A stretch of 63,645 nucleotides of DNA, filler included, from Reticulomyxa filosa (GCA_000512085.1; 19 parts of 19 records of this genome joined end to end with filler, not necessarily neighbours in it), one strand, 5' to 3'; counted from the whole stretch's first letter, positions 27,257-39,460 are shown. A program made the numbers and translations. Notes: a model not told the origin generated them from the sequence alone.

Positions 27257-27699
27257 AGAATGCCCAAGATGAATTCGAAATATTAAAAGGGCATGATGGT
27301 AAAGTTAATGGCATTGAATTTTCATCATTTAATGATGGTAAATATTTGTGTTCAGGATCTGCGAGCAAACATGTTCGTTTATGTGATGTTGGAACATCAA
27401 AATTATTAAGTACTTTCAAAGGACATATACAGTGGGTAACAACGGATCAAAGGGATTAGAAAGTACTATATTATCTGGATCAAGTGATTTCAGTGTATGT
27501 TTGTGTGATATTCGAACTAGTAAAATTATTAACATATTCACTGGACATAAAGCTATTTCTTATGATATTGAGTATTCGCCATTTGTGAATATTGTATGTT
27601 ATTTGTCATATGATCATACAATTCGTTTTTGGAGTACTAAAATGAATATCAAGAACATTGTATCAATACAAGTAAAAATAAAGATAATGGCATTAAATG
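27257..27699 (+). pseudogene. WD40-repeat pseudogene fragment
   Basis: LKGHDGKVNGIEFSSFNDGKYLCSGS, STILSGSSDFSVCLCDIRT..FTGH, YDHTIRFW; frameshifted. Confidence 0.8.
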
Positions 27700-28339
27700 N
27701 NNNNNNNNNNNNNNNNNNNNNNNNNNNNNNNNNNNNNNNNNNNTTAATTAATTAANNNNNNNNNNNNNNNNNNNNNNNNNNNNNNNNNNNNNNNNNNNNG
27801 CAGGACAGATAATAATTGAATCTCCAAAAATTTTTGTTTGAAGCTTCGAGTGCTTATTATTAATAAAACCAAAAAAAATGAAACAAGCAAAGGAAGAAAG
27901 CGCAAAAAATAAAGAACATTGCCCAAAAATTATTTCTTAAAAACAATAACAACTCTTGTCCAATTCAATCACGTGACATTAAATGTGATTTTAAAGGAAA
28001 ATTAAATATTTAAATAATCATTTAATCAACGAATTCAATTTGGTCGCAATCATATCTAGTTCAACCACAATTTAAACGTACATCACATTTCAATAATGAA
28101 ATTATATTTTGATATAGTAATTCAATTATTACAATCCATGAGACAAAAAAATTGAATTGAAAGATAATCGAATGAACAAATGTATCGTCAAGCAAACATT
28201 GAAATAATAAAAAAAAGTTTTAATGATAAAGAATAACAATAATTAAATCATTGGAAGAAAATAATTCCAAATTGACCCAATATTATCAACAATTACTTCA
28301 AAAACTAAATCTTTAACACAAACAAAAAAAAATAATCTT

Positions 28340-28992
28340 ATGAGTCTTTTATTATATTATCAAGTGGAAACAACGCTCCGACTTTGTGGAACGCTCGGGT
28401 CGCATTTTGAAAAAGGGCGCCGAGTTTTTGAAAGCCAACAACATCTCCAAGGAGACGGTGATCAACGCCACGCTCAAGAACAGCGACTTTATGACGACGG
28501 TGAAACAAGTGATATCGCAAATTCGCGATTCCCAACCTCGAACGAGCACTTTGTCATTGGAACTAGGGGACTTCCGTTTCCCCGTGTTGAATCAGTTGCT
28601 GGAATTTGCACAGTCGTACAGTCACTACTTGGAGGTGGTGCAATCGCAGAAAAAAACAGCACATTTGTTCCTCGCGAACGGAACTCCCTTGTTGGTGACC
28701 AAGTCGCCGACACAATTGAAAGGCGACATTGTGAATGAATACAACAGCCTTCGAGCCCGGTACCCGGAAGCATCGCGCGCGTGTATTGTGATACATTGCA
28801 GCCAATGGTCGACACGGTTGTGACGACCAAGTCGGCGAGTGAGTTGATTGCATTGTTGCAACAAGCATTTAATGTGCAACACAGTGCAATGAACGCACAT
28901 GCGCAATCGTCGCCCAATGAAACGCCGATTGCCAATGTGAATATCACCTTGTCTTTTTCTTCTTCTTCTTCTTCTTCTTCTTCTTCTTCTTC
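28340..28992 (+). CDS. Hypothetical protein, split by two apparent frameshifts (~28410 and ~28780), 3' truncated
   Basis: GC-enriched coding-like island after an AT-rich 5' region; three overlapping + ORFs join into one plausible protein. Confidence 0.5.
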
Positions 28993-29092
28993 NNNNNNNN
29001 NNNNNNNNNNNNNNNNNNNNNNNNNNNNNNNNNNNNTTAATTAATTAANNNNNNNNNNNNNNNNNNNNNNNNNNNNNNNNNNNNNNNNNNNN

Positions 29093-29311
29093 TGTAATAT
29101 GTTCTGAGTCATTTGATAAAACAATTCGATTTTGGGATATTCGATCAAACAAGAATGAATTTAATGTAATGGAAGTAAATGAAGGAGTAATCTGTCTTAA
29201 ATTTACAGAATTAAAAAAGAAAGTAAATGACAATGAACAAAAATTAAACGGTGATATCTGCGTGAGTTTATATTATGGTTCAAATGAAGGTCTAATTTGT
29301 GTTTGGGGATG
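29093..29311 (+). pseudogene. WD40 protein C-terminal fragment
   Basis: FDKTIRFWDIRSNKNEFNVMEVNEGVICLKF...YGSNEGLICVWG*, paralogous to 45240-45462; may be the 3' end of an intact gene. Confidence 0.75.
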
Positions 29312-29729
29312 AATACATTAATAAGAGTTTGTTTTGAATGAATATTTACACCAAGTAAGTAAAAATAGAACTAATAATTATTTTCACCACATTTTTTTCA
29401 AGTCAATTATTTTATTATTATTGATCAAAAAGCAAGTATTAAATTTGGATGAATGAAAGACTATACTTCAATCTACACCACTTAACTTTTTTATTATATT
29501 TCTGTTTACATATGCATTATTTGTTGCAATTTGAAATATTAATGTCATATTCTAGAATATCACATAATCTATATAAACTAATGACAATTACGCCTTACAA
29601 AAAAAGAAATGTTAAAAAAATTGAAAAATTTAAATTGGATATTTCACCTTATTGTTTTTATTTTTGTTGAATCAATAAAAAATAGTTGATTCAAATAACA
29701 TTTTAAAGTCAGTTATTACCGACAAGACA

Positions 29730-31049
29730 TTACCATCAAATTCTTTACTTAGCAATCCAATTTCGTTTGTAATCTCTTTTTCCAAAAAGCATAAGTTTTC
29801 ACTGGCTTCAGCAAATTCTCCTTTTTCCATTCATTCTCCTACGTGCCAATGTACAAACGCTCTCTGTAAGTACATAATATCATACTTTTGTGCAATGCGC
29901 TTACTAAATACTCGCGAAATGCACGTGTTATTTGCTATCATCACTATATTTTTACTAAATACTCCAATATCATTAGATTCCAATGTTATTGCTTGTACCT
30001 CGTTTAAGCATACTCAAAACCAGTTTAGCACCACTCGACAATGCAATTTTATTGTTGGATTTCAACCATTGGACCGTTGCATTTGCTTCTTTCGATTTTA
30101 AGTTACCACAATAATTTAAGGAAACGGCAATATATTTATCTTCAGCGGGATCAAATTCAGTTTATTTCACAAACCAGTTCACTGGCTTAAAGCAATCATC
30201 GATAATTTTTTGGATATCGTTTGGCGCTGTTGATACATCAACTTTTGGAATAATTGTACTCATTCCGGTAGTCATGAAGGTAAACGATAGAAAGTGACTA
30301 AGTTCGTTTTAAATTCATTCAACTCTACGTTCAATTCACCTCTAAATCACAAAGATGCTGCCATTGCGGAGATAACCTTCGAAATTAATTTGTTCAAGTT
30401 ATTCACGTCCGGTTTCGCAATTCGCCATTGCTTTTGACAGATCCCGTAAATGGTCCCGTTGTCCATCAATAAAGAAACTTCATTGTGTATATCTTAAAGC
30501 CAACTTTTGGCTTCTTTCTATAATCAACCGCCAAACGTTCCAATATTAAGGTGCTCAACCCTGATCAAGTGCCTCCGCCTACACTGTGTCCAATTACAAA
30601 GCCCATTACGATGTCACAGTTGTCAACAAGTTTTCTCAATCTGTCATTCACTTTATCTATTATTTATTTCCCGATTGTATAGTGACCACGAGCAAAATTG
30701 TTTGCTGCGTCCTCTTTCCCATGGACTAAAACTCAGGAGAAGATTACAGCAAAAGTGCCGTTTTTTAAATCATCAATTACGTTCGGTCCCAAATCAGCTT
30801 ATTTTTTCTTGGAGTTATACTTAACACTGAAAAACTATTCTCCAATATAGCACTTAACTGCAAGATTATGATGAACAAATTGTCCACTACCTGTTTCTTC
30901 AAAGAAGACCTTAAAGAGTCATCCTTTCCTGCGTTCTCTTTTCTTTTGCCACTGTTATCAATTGCGTGTTCTGCGCAATATTGTTCCCAGATGGCGTTTC
31001 CTAGTTGTATGCCGGCTTGGCCGACTTCAATTGTGAGAACTTCTCTCAT
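29730..31049 (-). pseudogene. Divergent alpha-tubulin pseudogene
   Basis: [28 protein letters not shown] start, GKEDAANNFARGHYT, C-terminal [38 protein letters not shown] (alpha-type); many indels and stops. Confidence 0.92.
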
Positions 31050-32021
31050 TTTATTTGNNNNNNNNNNNNNNNNNNNNNNNNNNNNNNNNNNNNNNNNNNN
31101 NTTAATTAATTAANNNNNNNNNNNNNNNNNNNNNNNNNNNNNNNNNNNNNNNNNNNNTTGGGTTGTGGTGCTCATTGTAACATTACATATGACATACACG
31201 AGTTGGTAGCTGACACTTCAAGCTTCAACGAAACACAATGCTAGCTATGATGGAAAAATGGCAAATTTAATGAGTAAGGCATTTTGCATTTACTTTATCT
31301 ATGTCCACAAAGGAATGAAAGAGATTGCTATGCAAATTATTGAATGCTATCACAAAGAAATAATACACAATATTTCCACAGTGCATAAGAATATTACATA
31401 TGCATATAGTTAGCATACAATGTCCGAGAAGATCTTTTTGATATAATGAGCTGCGAAAATGTAAGTCTGTGTATATGTATATGTTTCATTTGTTTAAAAA
31501 CAAGCTTTCGAAGAATAAGAGAAAAGGTTGAACTTATATGGTTTGTGTAAATGAAAACACAGTTACATCATTTCACTTAGTTTGCAAGTGGACAATTGAA
31601 ATATAGTTATTCAATTTGTGCATAAGAATCTTGGAAAAAGGAAAAGGACAACATGTGTGCAAATGATCGATTATATGTTAAACCAGCGTTGAAATAAATA
31701 ATTTCATATGATTTTATCTAAAGAGAAAGATATATGACCTAGAATTATCATTTTCAAATTTTTCAATTTAAATTAATAATAAATTTATAAATACAATTAC
31801 AATTCTAATTTATTCTAAAAAAACTAAAACACAAATGATAGAAATCCAATACTGCAAAATCAGGACAAGAATATCCAAGTTAATGCCACACTATTTCAAA
31901 CAAACAAAGTTTGTAATTGTGATTGCAAAAAACATAATAGACAACAATCAAGCATAAATCGTAGAAAGATAAATAAAACTTGGAATCAAGCGAATATCAA
32001 TCGTTGGACGGCCGTTGAATA

Positions 32022-32335
32022 GTTGAGTTGACCACATTAATGAATATTGCAAGCCATCACAAGATGGTGCTTGCACACCCCCAATATAATCAACTGTAGA
32101 CCAGTAAGAAGAGAAGAGGGGGGGGGGGTGGAATAAAGGGGATGCAACGCATCCCAAAGCTAGTCTATATCTATTAACCAAGCCATATGGCCGGTAATAG
32201 ATAAACCGCTTTAAACTGAAGTTGTTGTAATGTCGCCCACATGAGTGGACTCTTTCACCGCAGGACTGGTGCTATCAACAACTTCAAACGACGCGAATAT
32301 CGCATCGTATCTACTGGTCTACAGGAACGCTCAAC
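32022..32335 (-). ncRNA. Candidate structured non-coding RNA of unknown family
   Basis: Seven nested helices visible, including perfect 13-bp (32094-32106/32312-32324) and 11-bp (32217-32227/32276-32286) long-range stems; most A-C mismatches on + become G-U on -. Confidence 0.5.
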
Positions 32336-32523
32336 AATATCGAAGACAAAACACTAGTAGCCACTTTCCGGTATCCATCACAGGAATCACATCACCACCA
32401 TAGATTACATCCAATTGATCATGNNNNNNNNNNNNNNNNNNNNNNNNNNNNNNNNNNNNNNNNNNNNTTAATTAATTAANNNNNNNNNNNNNNNNNNNNN
32501 NNNNNNNNNNNNNNNNNNNNNNN

Positions 32524-32762
32524 TTGACTGATTGTGCCATTGCAAAATTTGACATTTCCAAACTTTTTATATCTTTATTCGTTGCTGCTTTTTTCAAACG
32601 TGTTACTCTTATTATTTCATTTAGATATCTTCGAATTACTATGAAGCAATCATCCATTTGTTCTAATAATATTTGTTGCATTGCTATTTCTTGTTTTTGT
32701 ATTACTTCTTGTTGTTGTTGTCTTTGCTGTTGCGAAGTTGAACTAGACCAAATTCTGGACAT
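32524..32762 (-). CDS. Hypothetical protein, N-terminal part; paralog of 33062-34219
   Basis: QQILLEQMDDCFIVIRRYLNEIIRVTRLKKAATNKDIKSLEMSNFAMAQSV is near-identical to the N-terminus of the neighbouring gene; truncated by contig end. Confidence 0.75.
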
Positions 32763-33061
32763 CTTTTTTTCTTTCAAGTTGCAGAATCAAAATGCAAAAT
32801 TACACCAAAAAAAGCTACACGTTTTCAACCTTACAACTTTTAAACAAACTGAAAAAGGGAGTATCAAAAAATAAAAATATTCATATTTTTTTCAAATTTA
32901 AAACTACTTTCTTTTTAATAGATGTAATAATTTTTAATTTTAATTTTAAAAAATATCAGTTAAAAAAAAAAAAAAAATGATAAAAATTTATACTTTTGAT
33001 AAATGAAAAAGTTCTTTGAAACTCCCATTTTTAGTTTGTGTATTTTGCAAATCGAAAAAAG

Positions 33062-34219
33062 ATGGAAAATTGTTGTCCACAACAACAAACAGTACTACAA
33101 AAACAAGATAGAGCAATACAACAAGTATTACTAGAACAAATGGACGATTGTTTCATAGTGGTTCGAAGATATCTAAATGAAGTAATAAGAGTGAGACGCT
33201 TGAAAAAAAAAGCAACGAATAAAGATACAAAAAATTTACAAATAACAAATTTTGCAATGGCACAATCGATTAATCTTTTACAAATTAGTTTAAAAGATTG
33301 TTATAATAAAAAAAGAAAAGGAGCCATACAATTAGCTCAAGCAAAATTAACAAATTTTGATTTAAAATTGAATTCATTGATAAGAAATTTAGAAGATGAA
33401 GAAGAAATTGAAGAAATTAAAAAAAGAGTGACTCCAATTCGTAATAATTTAATTCGAATTGTAAAGAATGAATCAGTTGCATTAAATCCTGGACCAAAAT
33501 TAAATGAAAAAAAATTTAATGAAGATACTGTTGGAAACATTTTAGATGCTAATCATGAAAAAAAGAAAAATAATACAAAAAGTGCTGTGAATAAATTATT
33601 ATCAACAAAAACAAAATATATGGACAAAAGTTCAATGATGTTTGATATCGATCCCAATTGTCTGGATGATACACATTTTTCTCCAGAAGAAAGAGAAGAA
33701 GAAGATGATGATGATAATAATGATGAAACAGAAGGAGTAAAAAATAATAGTCCAGATTTTGATCAAGAAACTATTGAATATCCATTTTTTTCTACTGGCT
33801 CCAAAAATCATTCTACAAAACATAATAAACAAAATAATAAAATGGATATTGAATGTGATAATACAATGTCACAATCTGATTTGGATAAAGATAAAAAAAA
33901 TGGAGTTGATGATGACTCTGAAAATATATTATACAGTGATGAGAGATCACAAACTGGTTGGGAAGATTATTTTAATCAAGATGTAAACAAAAATAAATGC
34001 TTTAATTTTTTCACCAAAAACAAACAAGAAATGGACACAAATGATGATGGTGATGATGATAGTGACAATAAATGTGATGATAATTTTATGTCATTACAAA
34101 ATAGGTGGGATCATGGTAAAAAAGATATTGGACAAGATAAAAATCATGAAGGAATGAAAAGTAATAAGAATGGCTCTAAAAATACTGATAAAAGAACCAC
34201 AAAAAAAGGAAAAGAATAA
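33062..34219 (+). CDS. Hypothetical protein: helical N-terminal domain plus D/N/K-rich disordered tail
   Basis: Intronless ~385-aa ORF; the conserved paralog next door supports coding status. Confidence 0.75.
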   Translation: MENCCPQQQTVLQKQDRAIQQVLLEQMDDCFIVVRRYLNEVIRVRRLKKKATNKDTKNLQITNFAMAQSINLLQISLKDCYNKKRKGAIQLAQAKLTNFDLKLNSLIRNLEDEEEIEEIKKRVTPIRNNLIRIVKNESVALNPGPKLNEKKFNEDTVGNILDANHEKKKNNTKSAVNKLLSTKTKYMDKSSMMFDIDPNCLDDTHFSPEEREEEDDDDNNDETEGVKNNSPDFDQETIEYPFFSTGSKNHSTKHNKQNNKMDIECDNTMSQSDLDKDKKNGVDDDSENILYSDERSQTGWEDYFNQDVNKNKCFNFFTKNKQEMDTNDDGDDDSDNKCDDNFMSLQNRWDHGKKDIGQDKNHEGMKSNKNGSKNTDKRTTKKGKE

Positions 34220-35563
34220 AAAATGGATTATACGTACGGATATTTATTTTTTCATGTATACATTTTTTGTGTAAAATATTACAAATGTATAAAAAAATTA
34301 CTCCATTTTTTCTCAACGTATATCTGCTTTTTTATTTATTTGTGTTTATTTTCCATCTTCTACATTGTCATCTTTTTTTAAATATTAAAATAACTTAGTT
34401 AAGTTTTCCACAAATGATATGACAGAAATACATTAGTATCTTCGTCAAGATTTGATTATCTTTTTACAATTACATTTAGCAAATCCAATGATTCATTTTT
34501 TTTGGTAATAACCCAAATATTATAATATAAAAAAAATTAAATTATTTCATGCATCACAAACTTCAACAAAAGTTTTTTTGAGGTTTTTCCTCTAATTTTT
34601 TTCTGAGATCAAAAGAAGATAAGCTTATTAAACCAATACGAAAGAAATGGAAATGAAAGAAACTCTTTTTGCTGAAGAAGTAAAAGAAATTTCAAGATAA
34701 ATTGGCTACACTATTTGATGGACATCTTTGTGAAACATTTGAGGAATATACAAAAATTTTAGTCTGTACGATCAATTAGCAGACTTATCAGATGATATAT
34801 AGAAACGTGTAATACTTGGTATGTTAGAAGAAAATATGTCATCAACAGTAACATGACAATGGTTTTTTTTTTTTGAGAAAAAAAAATAAAATTGAAATGA
34901 AAATATTTGCAATCCTCGTATTCAATCGCATATGATTAATATAATGATATTCCATATCCTTGTTTTGATAGCAAATTATATCACAATTGCAACAACTTTG
35001 CAATGATAATAAACAAAATGGTTGATTGTAAATCACATTGGAGAAAATTGCAACAGATTTTGTAATGTCATGTTTGTAATTCAATATACTTGCTCCGTTT
35101 TCAGTGTCAATTGTTATTGCTTTGAAACGCAAGTCCGTTGAAATGTATCACTCAACGGATGTCGATGTTCTTTTGGCTACAATATTTATTGCCGTTCACA
35201 CATACATACATACACATATACGTATCATTGTAATATATACATATATACACACATATTGTATTTTTAAAAGAAGTTAAAAAAAAAGGCGTAGATCGAGCAT
35301 CTAGAAAGGGATATGTAAAAAAAAAACAACATACGCACACATACAATCAAATGATGTTTTCAAGAAGGAGCAACGATGACCGTGATCAACCGGTTCCGAA
35401 GTAACAGTGTTACTAACCAGTCTGTGTCGTACACACGGCACCATTCCAACTTAGGTGACCTTCGTTGGTTTCAAACTAATTTCTTGAAATGTGGATTCTG
35501 AATTTCTTGTTTCGTTTTTTGTTTTTTTTAATGATTAAATGATTGCATCAACACATATACATA

Positions 35564-35700
35564 TACAGTATATTGCAAAAAAACTAGCATACCTAAATGG
35601 CATTATATGAAGAGAATCGATTTTCTACATGAAAAATAAAGATTTAAAAAAAAAATATCTACTAATATTGTAGTTTTTAAATATGAAATTGGTTTTATAA
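35564..35700 (+). mobile_element. Degenerate terminus of a putative Tc1/mariner-type element or MITE (copy 1)
   Basis: TA|CAGTA...TGCAAA...CCTAAATGGCA...ATCGATTTTCTACATGAAAAA...AAAAATATCTAC, shared with 46091-46245. Confidence 0.5.
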
Positions 35701-35826
35701 TAAGTTTTTTCTATGTTGATCAAAAANNNNNNNNNNNNNNNNNNNNNNNNNNNNNNNNNNNNNNNNNNNNTTAATTAATTAANNNNNNNNNNNNNNNNNN
35801 NNNNNNNNNNNNNNNNNNNNNNNNNN

Positions 35827-35863
<37 letters not shown>

Positions 35864-37068
35864 TTGGAATAACAAAAGGAACCACTATAATAACAACAGC
35901 AACAGGAACAGATACAGAAACAGACGCATCCCCGACGATAAAGAAAAGGCCGACAGGAACATTCCAAACGTCGCCGACACAACTTTTGCTGACAGATCAA
36001 AAGGCGTACCGCTTGCAAATTGTGCGTAAGATTGAGAAGATGGAGCAGATGTTGCAGATGTCACAGACGTCGAATATGCTGACGGCGAGCGTCGACGAGC
36101 AGAAGGAGGACTTGGCGGAGACGATCCATCAATACTTGTACAACGTATACAATGGCGAAGAGAAGCTGTTGGAGAGTATCTTGCACGGGCACATGGACGG
36201 GTTGGTGGCGCTGCACAAGTCGGAGTCGATCCTAGAATGTCTGGACCACGATCACAATCATCACATGTTAAAAGCCAACATATCGTCGGTGAGACAGTTT
36301 GCAGTGAATGTCGTGGCATGCGTGAAGCGTATGAAATGTCCGTTCCCACTTACCAATCACGATTACATATTATTGCAGCACGTGCTGAATCGTCAAAAGA
36401 CGGTGCTGTTCACCAACAAAACAATGACGCCAAAGGCACGCAATCTTCATATCTTGCAACTAATGAATTGGGTGGAAAGTGAAACCACCAACACTTTGCA
36501 ACTCAAAACCTCACATAAAAAACAGCTGTTTTATGTCATTCGCGAATACTTGGAACAGACTCCCGACAAACACGATTTGCTGCTTCAGAAAATCATTGGC
36601 AAAAAACACAACAATAATGACCTCACTCTACTCTCCGGCACGCGCAAATGGTGCGTCGCTGTCATTGCCAAACTCACCGACACTCCAATCTCGGTCACAC
36701 TCGACTCCTTTGATCAACGTCTTCTCGACAACTTGTGCAAGTTTGATATCACTTTTTGCTATCACTTTCCTATGCACGATAACAATGCCAACGATGAGGT
36801 CAAGTCTGATCGCAATGACACACTCCGACCTCTCATGCTACAACATAGCACCTCCGCCTTCTTGCCCCATGTCACGTCCTTGGAACCATCCACTTCCAAT
36901 GTCCTCAGTCCTGTCTCCATCCCCGCTTCTCATCTCTTCCCCAACTCCTCACAATCCGTTGAACTCGTCACTCCTCAAAATCATCCTCCGCCACAACTGT
37001 CCACTGACTTGCCCCTCATTGCTGATCTCCAAGATCCGCAAGTCATCACCGTCTCTAATTCCAATTAA
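35827..37068 (+). CDS. Hypothetical protein (5' partial), helical domain plus Pro/Ser-rich tail
   Basis: 360-aa ORF with coding-like composition; no recognisable motif. Confidence 0.6.
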
Positions 37069-37652
37069 TTCGGGGGGATTACGTACTTGTGCTCGACTTC
37101 ACCACAAAAAGGGGAGCGACTTTTTTTTTTAAAAAAAAAAAAAAAAGGAATGGAATTGCTTTCTTTTCTCCTAATTTTGGGGTTTACTTGTGTATTCTAG
37201 TTTGTTTGTTTTTCTTTTTGGGAGATAAAGCCTTTTGTACTTTCATACTAACATAAAAGAACACTTAAAAATATTTCTTTGTTTGTGCTCAAGTATTTGT
37301 TATTCAAATTAAAATTCTGTTAATAGTTGTTTTTTTTTAAAAAAAAAACAAGGGACGAATAAAAAGAAAGACTCAACTTTTGTAATAATTATAAGAAGGC
37401 TTTCTTTCACACATCAAAAAAAAAGTACGCATTCCACAGCTCTTAATCAAAAGAAAAGCCTTTTCCATCATCCAAATTCAAAAGGATTTTTGGCAACCAA
37501 TCCGTGGTGATATTTTGCAACACAAAGAATAGTGGACTTTTTTCACAATATTCTTCACAAAAAATTTTAGTATTGCTTTGATTATTTTCTTTTTTTAAAA
37601 AAAAAGACTATCGCAATTATTATTGTGTATTGCGCTTTACTGTTAAGGCACC

Positions 37653-38956
37653 ATGTCAGTTTCTCAGTCATCAGGAGGTCTGATATTAACAAATGAAGGA
37701 CCAGCATTGGCTCGCTCCGTATATCACCGAGAGACGATTATTGGAGAGAAAGATCATCGTTTGGTGCGTGTTTCCACATTTCTTGCGAACCTGTCGCTGA
37801 TTTTGGATACACTGATAATTCCAGGTCTGGGGATAGCAATAGCAGTATCGATTTGGGTTCTGTATAGCAGTCCTCGCGACCTTTACAACGCAATCGACCC
37901 GGATTTTATTTGCAAGTGTAACTACAATGGCCAAGGGCAAACCCAGCAAGACTGTGAGTGTCCAGATTATTCCGACGGAGGACAATACACCAAAGTAAAA
38001 ACCATTTTAGTCTACGGATTCATGTTTCTCCCAGATTTTTTGATGGGCGCATATATGTTTGGGATTGGCGCCTTGATCTGTATTTACATGGTATTGTACT
38101 TGTTGCTATTTCTTGGATACAGTTTGGTCGTCTTTTGCTTCCGTTGTTGTGGTTGCCAAGTGCCATGGAGCATCCAAACCTTTGATAAGAAATTCAGGCT
38201 GTTCATGTGCTGCAACCAGTATCAAATGGCCAAAGCACATCAAAGCTTTATTGAACAAGGTAAGAAAGAAGCACTGTGTAATACTAACAAAAAAGGGGGG
38301 ACCGAAAAAAAAAAAGAGAAGAAAGGGGTAAAATTTTTTTTTTTTGAAATCCCCATGGTAAGTTTTTTTTTTTTAAGTTCTCCTCTCCCCCCCTTCTTCA
38401 ATCATATACAGATTTCACTATCGCATACACCCCCCCTTTTTTTTTTATAAAAAAAAAAGTTTTTTTGCAGAACATGTACATACATATGTATATACGTTTA
38501 ACTTGATTCATTGAATATATTCGTCGACGTGTAATATGTTGGACAGGCTGCAGTGGTCGTTGGTGCGAAGACTTTTGGAGCTGCGAGCTGTGGGACCAAT
38601 GCTTGGTTTGCTGCAATGGGAAAAAATGGGTGTACCTATTGTGGCTGTTGACGCGCGCGTTGGCAGCTACCACATGTATTGTGTTTTTAGCTTTGTACCC
38701 TGAATTAAATTGCAACTGTCCCTTGACGAATAACAGCGCAACTCTTCGGGACAAACACTATGACAGAAAATGGGAAGATTTATTACCTGCAACAAGGAGC
38801 TGCGCAGCTGCGTATATGTCGTTGGTCATTATGCTGATTGTCTTTCGATGGGTCATCATTTGCTTGCTTCGCAAGGTCACCATTATGCCCAAGTTGGAAG
38901 TGTGGGCTTTCAAATATCTGTGTGTTCAACCACCTGAAGCCAAGTATTTGAACTGA
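37653..38956 (+). CDS. Multi-pass membrane protein with Cys-rich loops (2 exons, intron ~38260-38546)
   Basis: Several hydrophobic helices; CKCN..CECP and CNCP loops; Cys-rich juxtamembrane segment. Confidence 0.7.
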
Positions 38957-39460
38957 AACGAAATACAAAAAGATATGGAGGGAAAAGTGCGAAGGGTGCT
39001 CTTTGTAGATGTTTATTCTTTTGCTCTTCTTTCCTTTCTCTGTTCTCCTCTTCCCTCTCTCCCCTCCCTTCCCTTGCCATTCATCTCTTTTCTCGTTCAA
39101 CAGTTCCCTTAAGCAAACCAAATGTGTCACTTTTCAAAACTGCAATACAACATTTTTGCACTTTTGTACTCTTAAACAAACGTGAAATAAATAATGGAGA
39201 AAAGTGACCATGTTACTGCATAATTATGTTATACTTTAATTCATTTTTCTCGAACGTCAGTTAAAAAAAAAAAAAGAATACATCAGTCGATTGCAATACC
39301 TTTCTTACGCAATATTATGTTAAATGTGAAACATACAACAGCTTTATTTGGGAATATTTTACAAAATAAATCTAATTTACAACTTAATTTATTTTTTGCA
39401 CCTTTTTAAAAAAAAAGGTGCCGTCTTGACTATATTGAATTATCAATATCTAAAAAAATT

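Noticed and set aside
31948-32181. 77-aa minus-strand ORF over the structured island
   Set aside because: Non-ATG start, no motif; the nested base-pairing explains the region better
32217-32286. Twister/hammerhead resemblance of the 3-way junction (UAA after the stem; GAAA on minus)
   Set aside because: Required partner strands and the CUGANGA core are absent, so it cannot be assigned to a known ribozyme class
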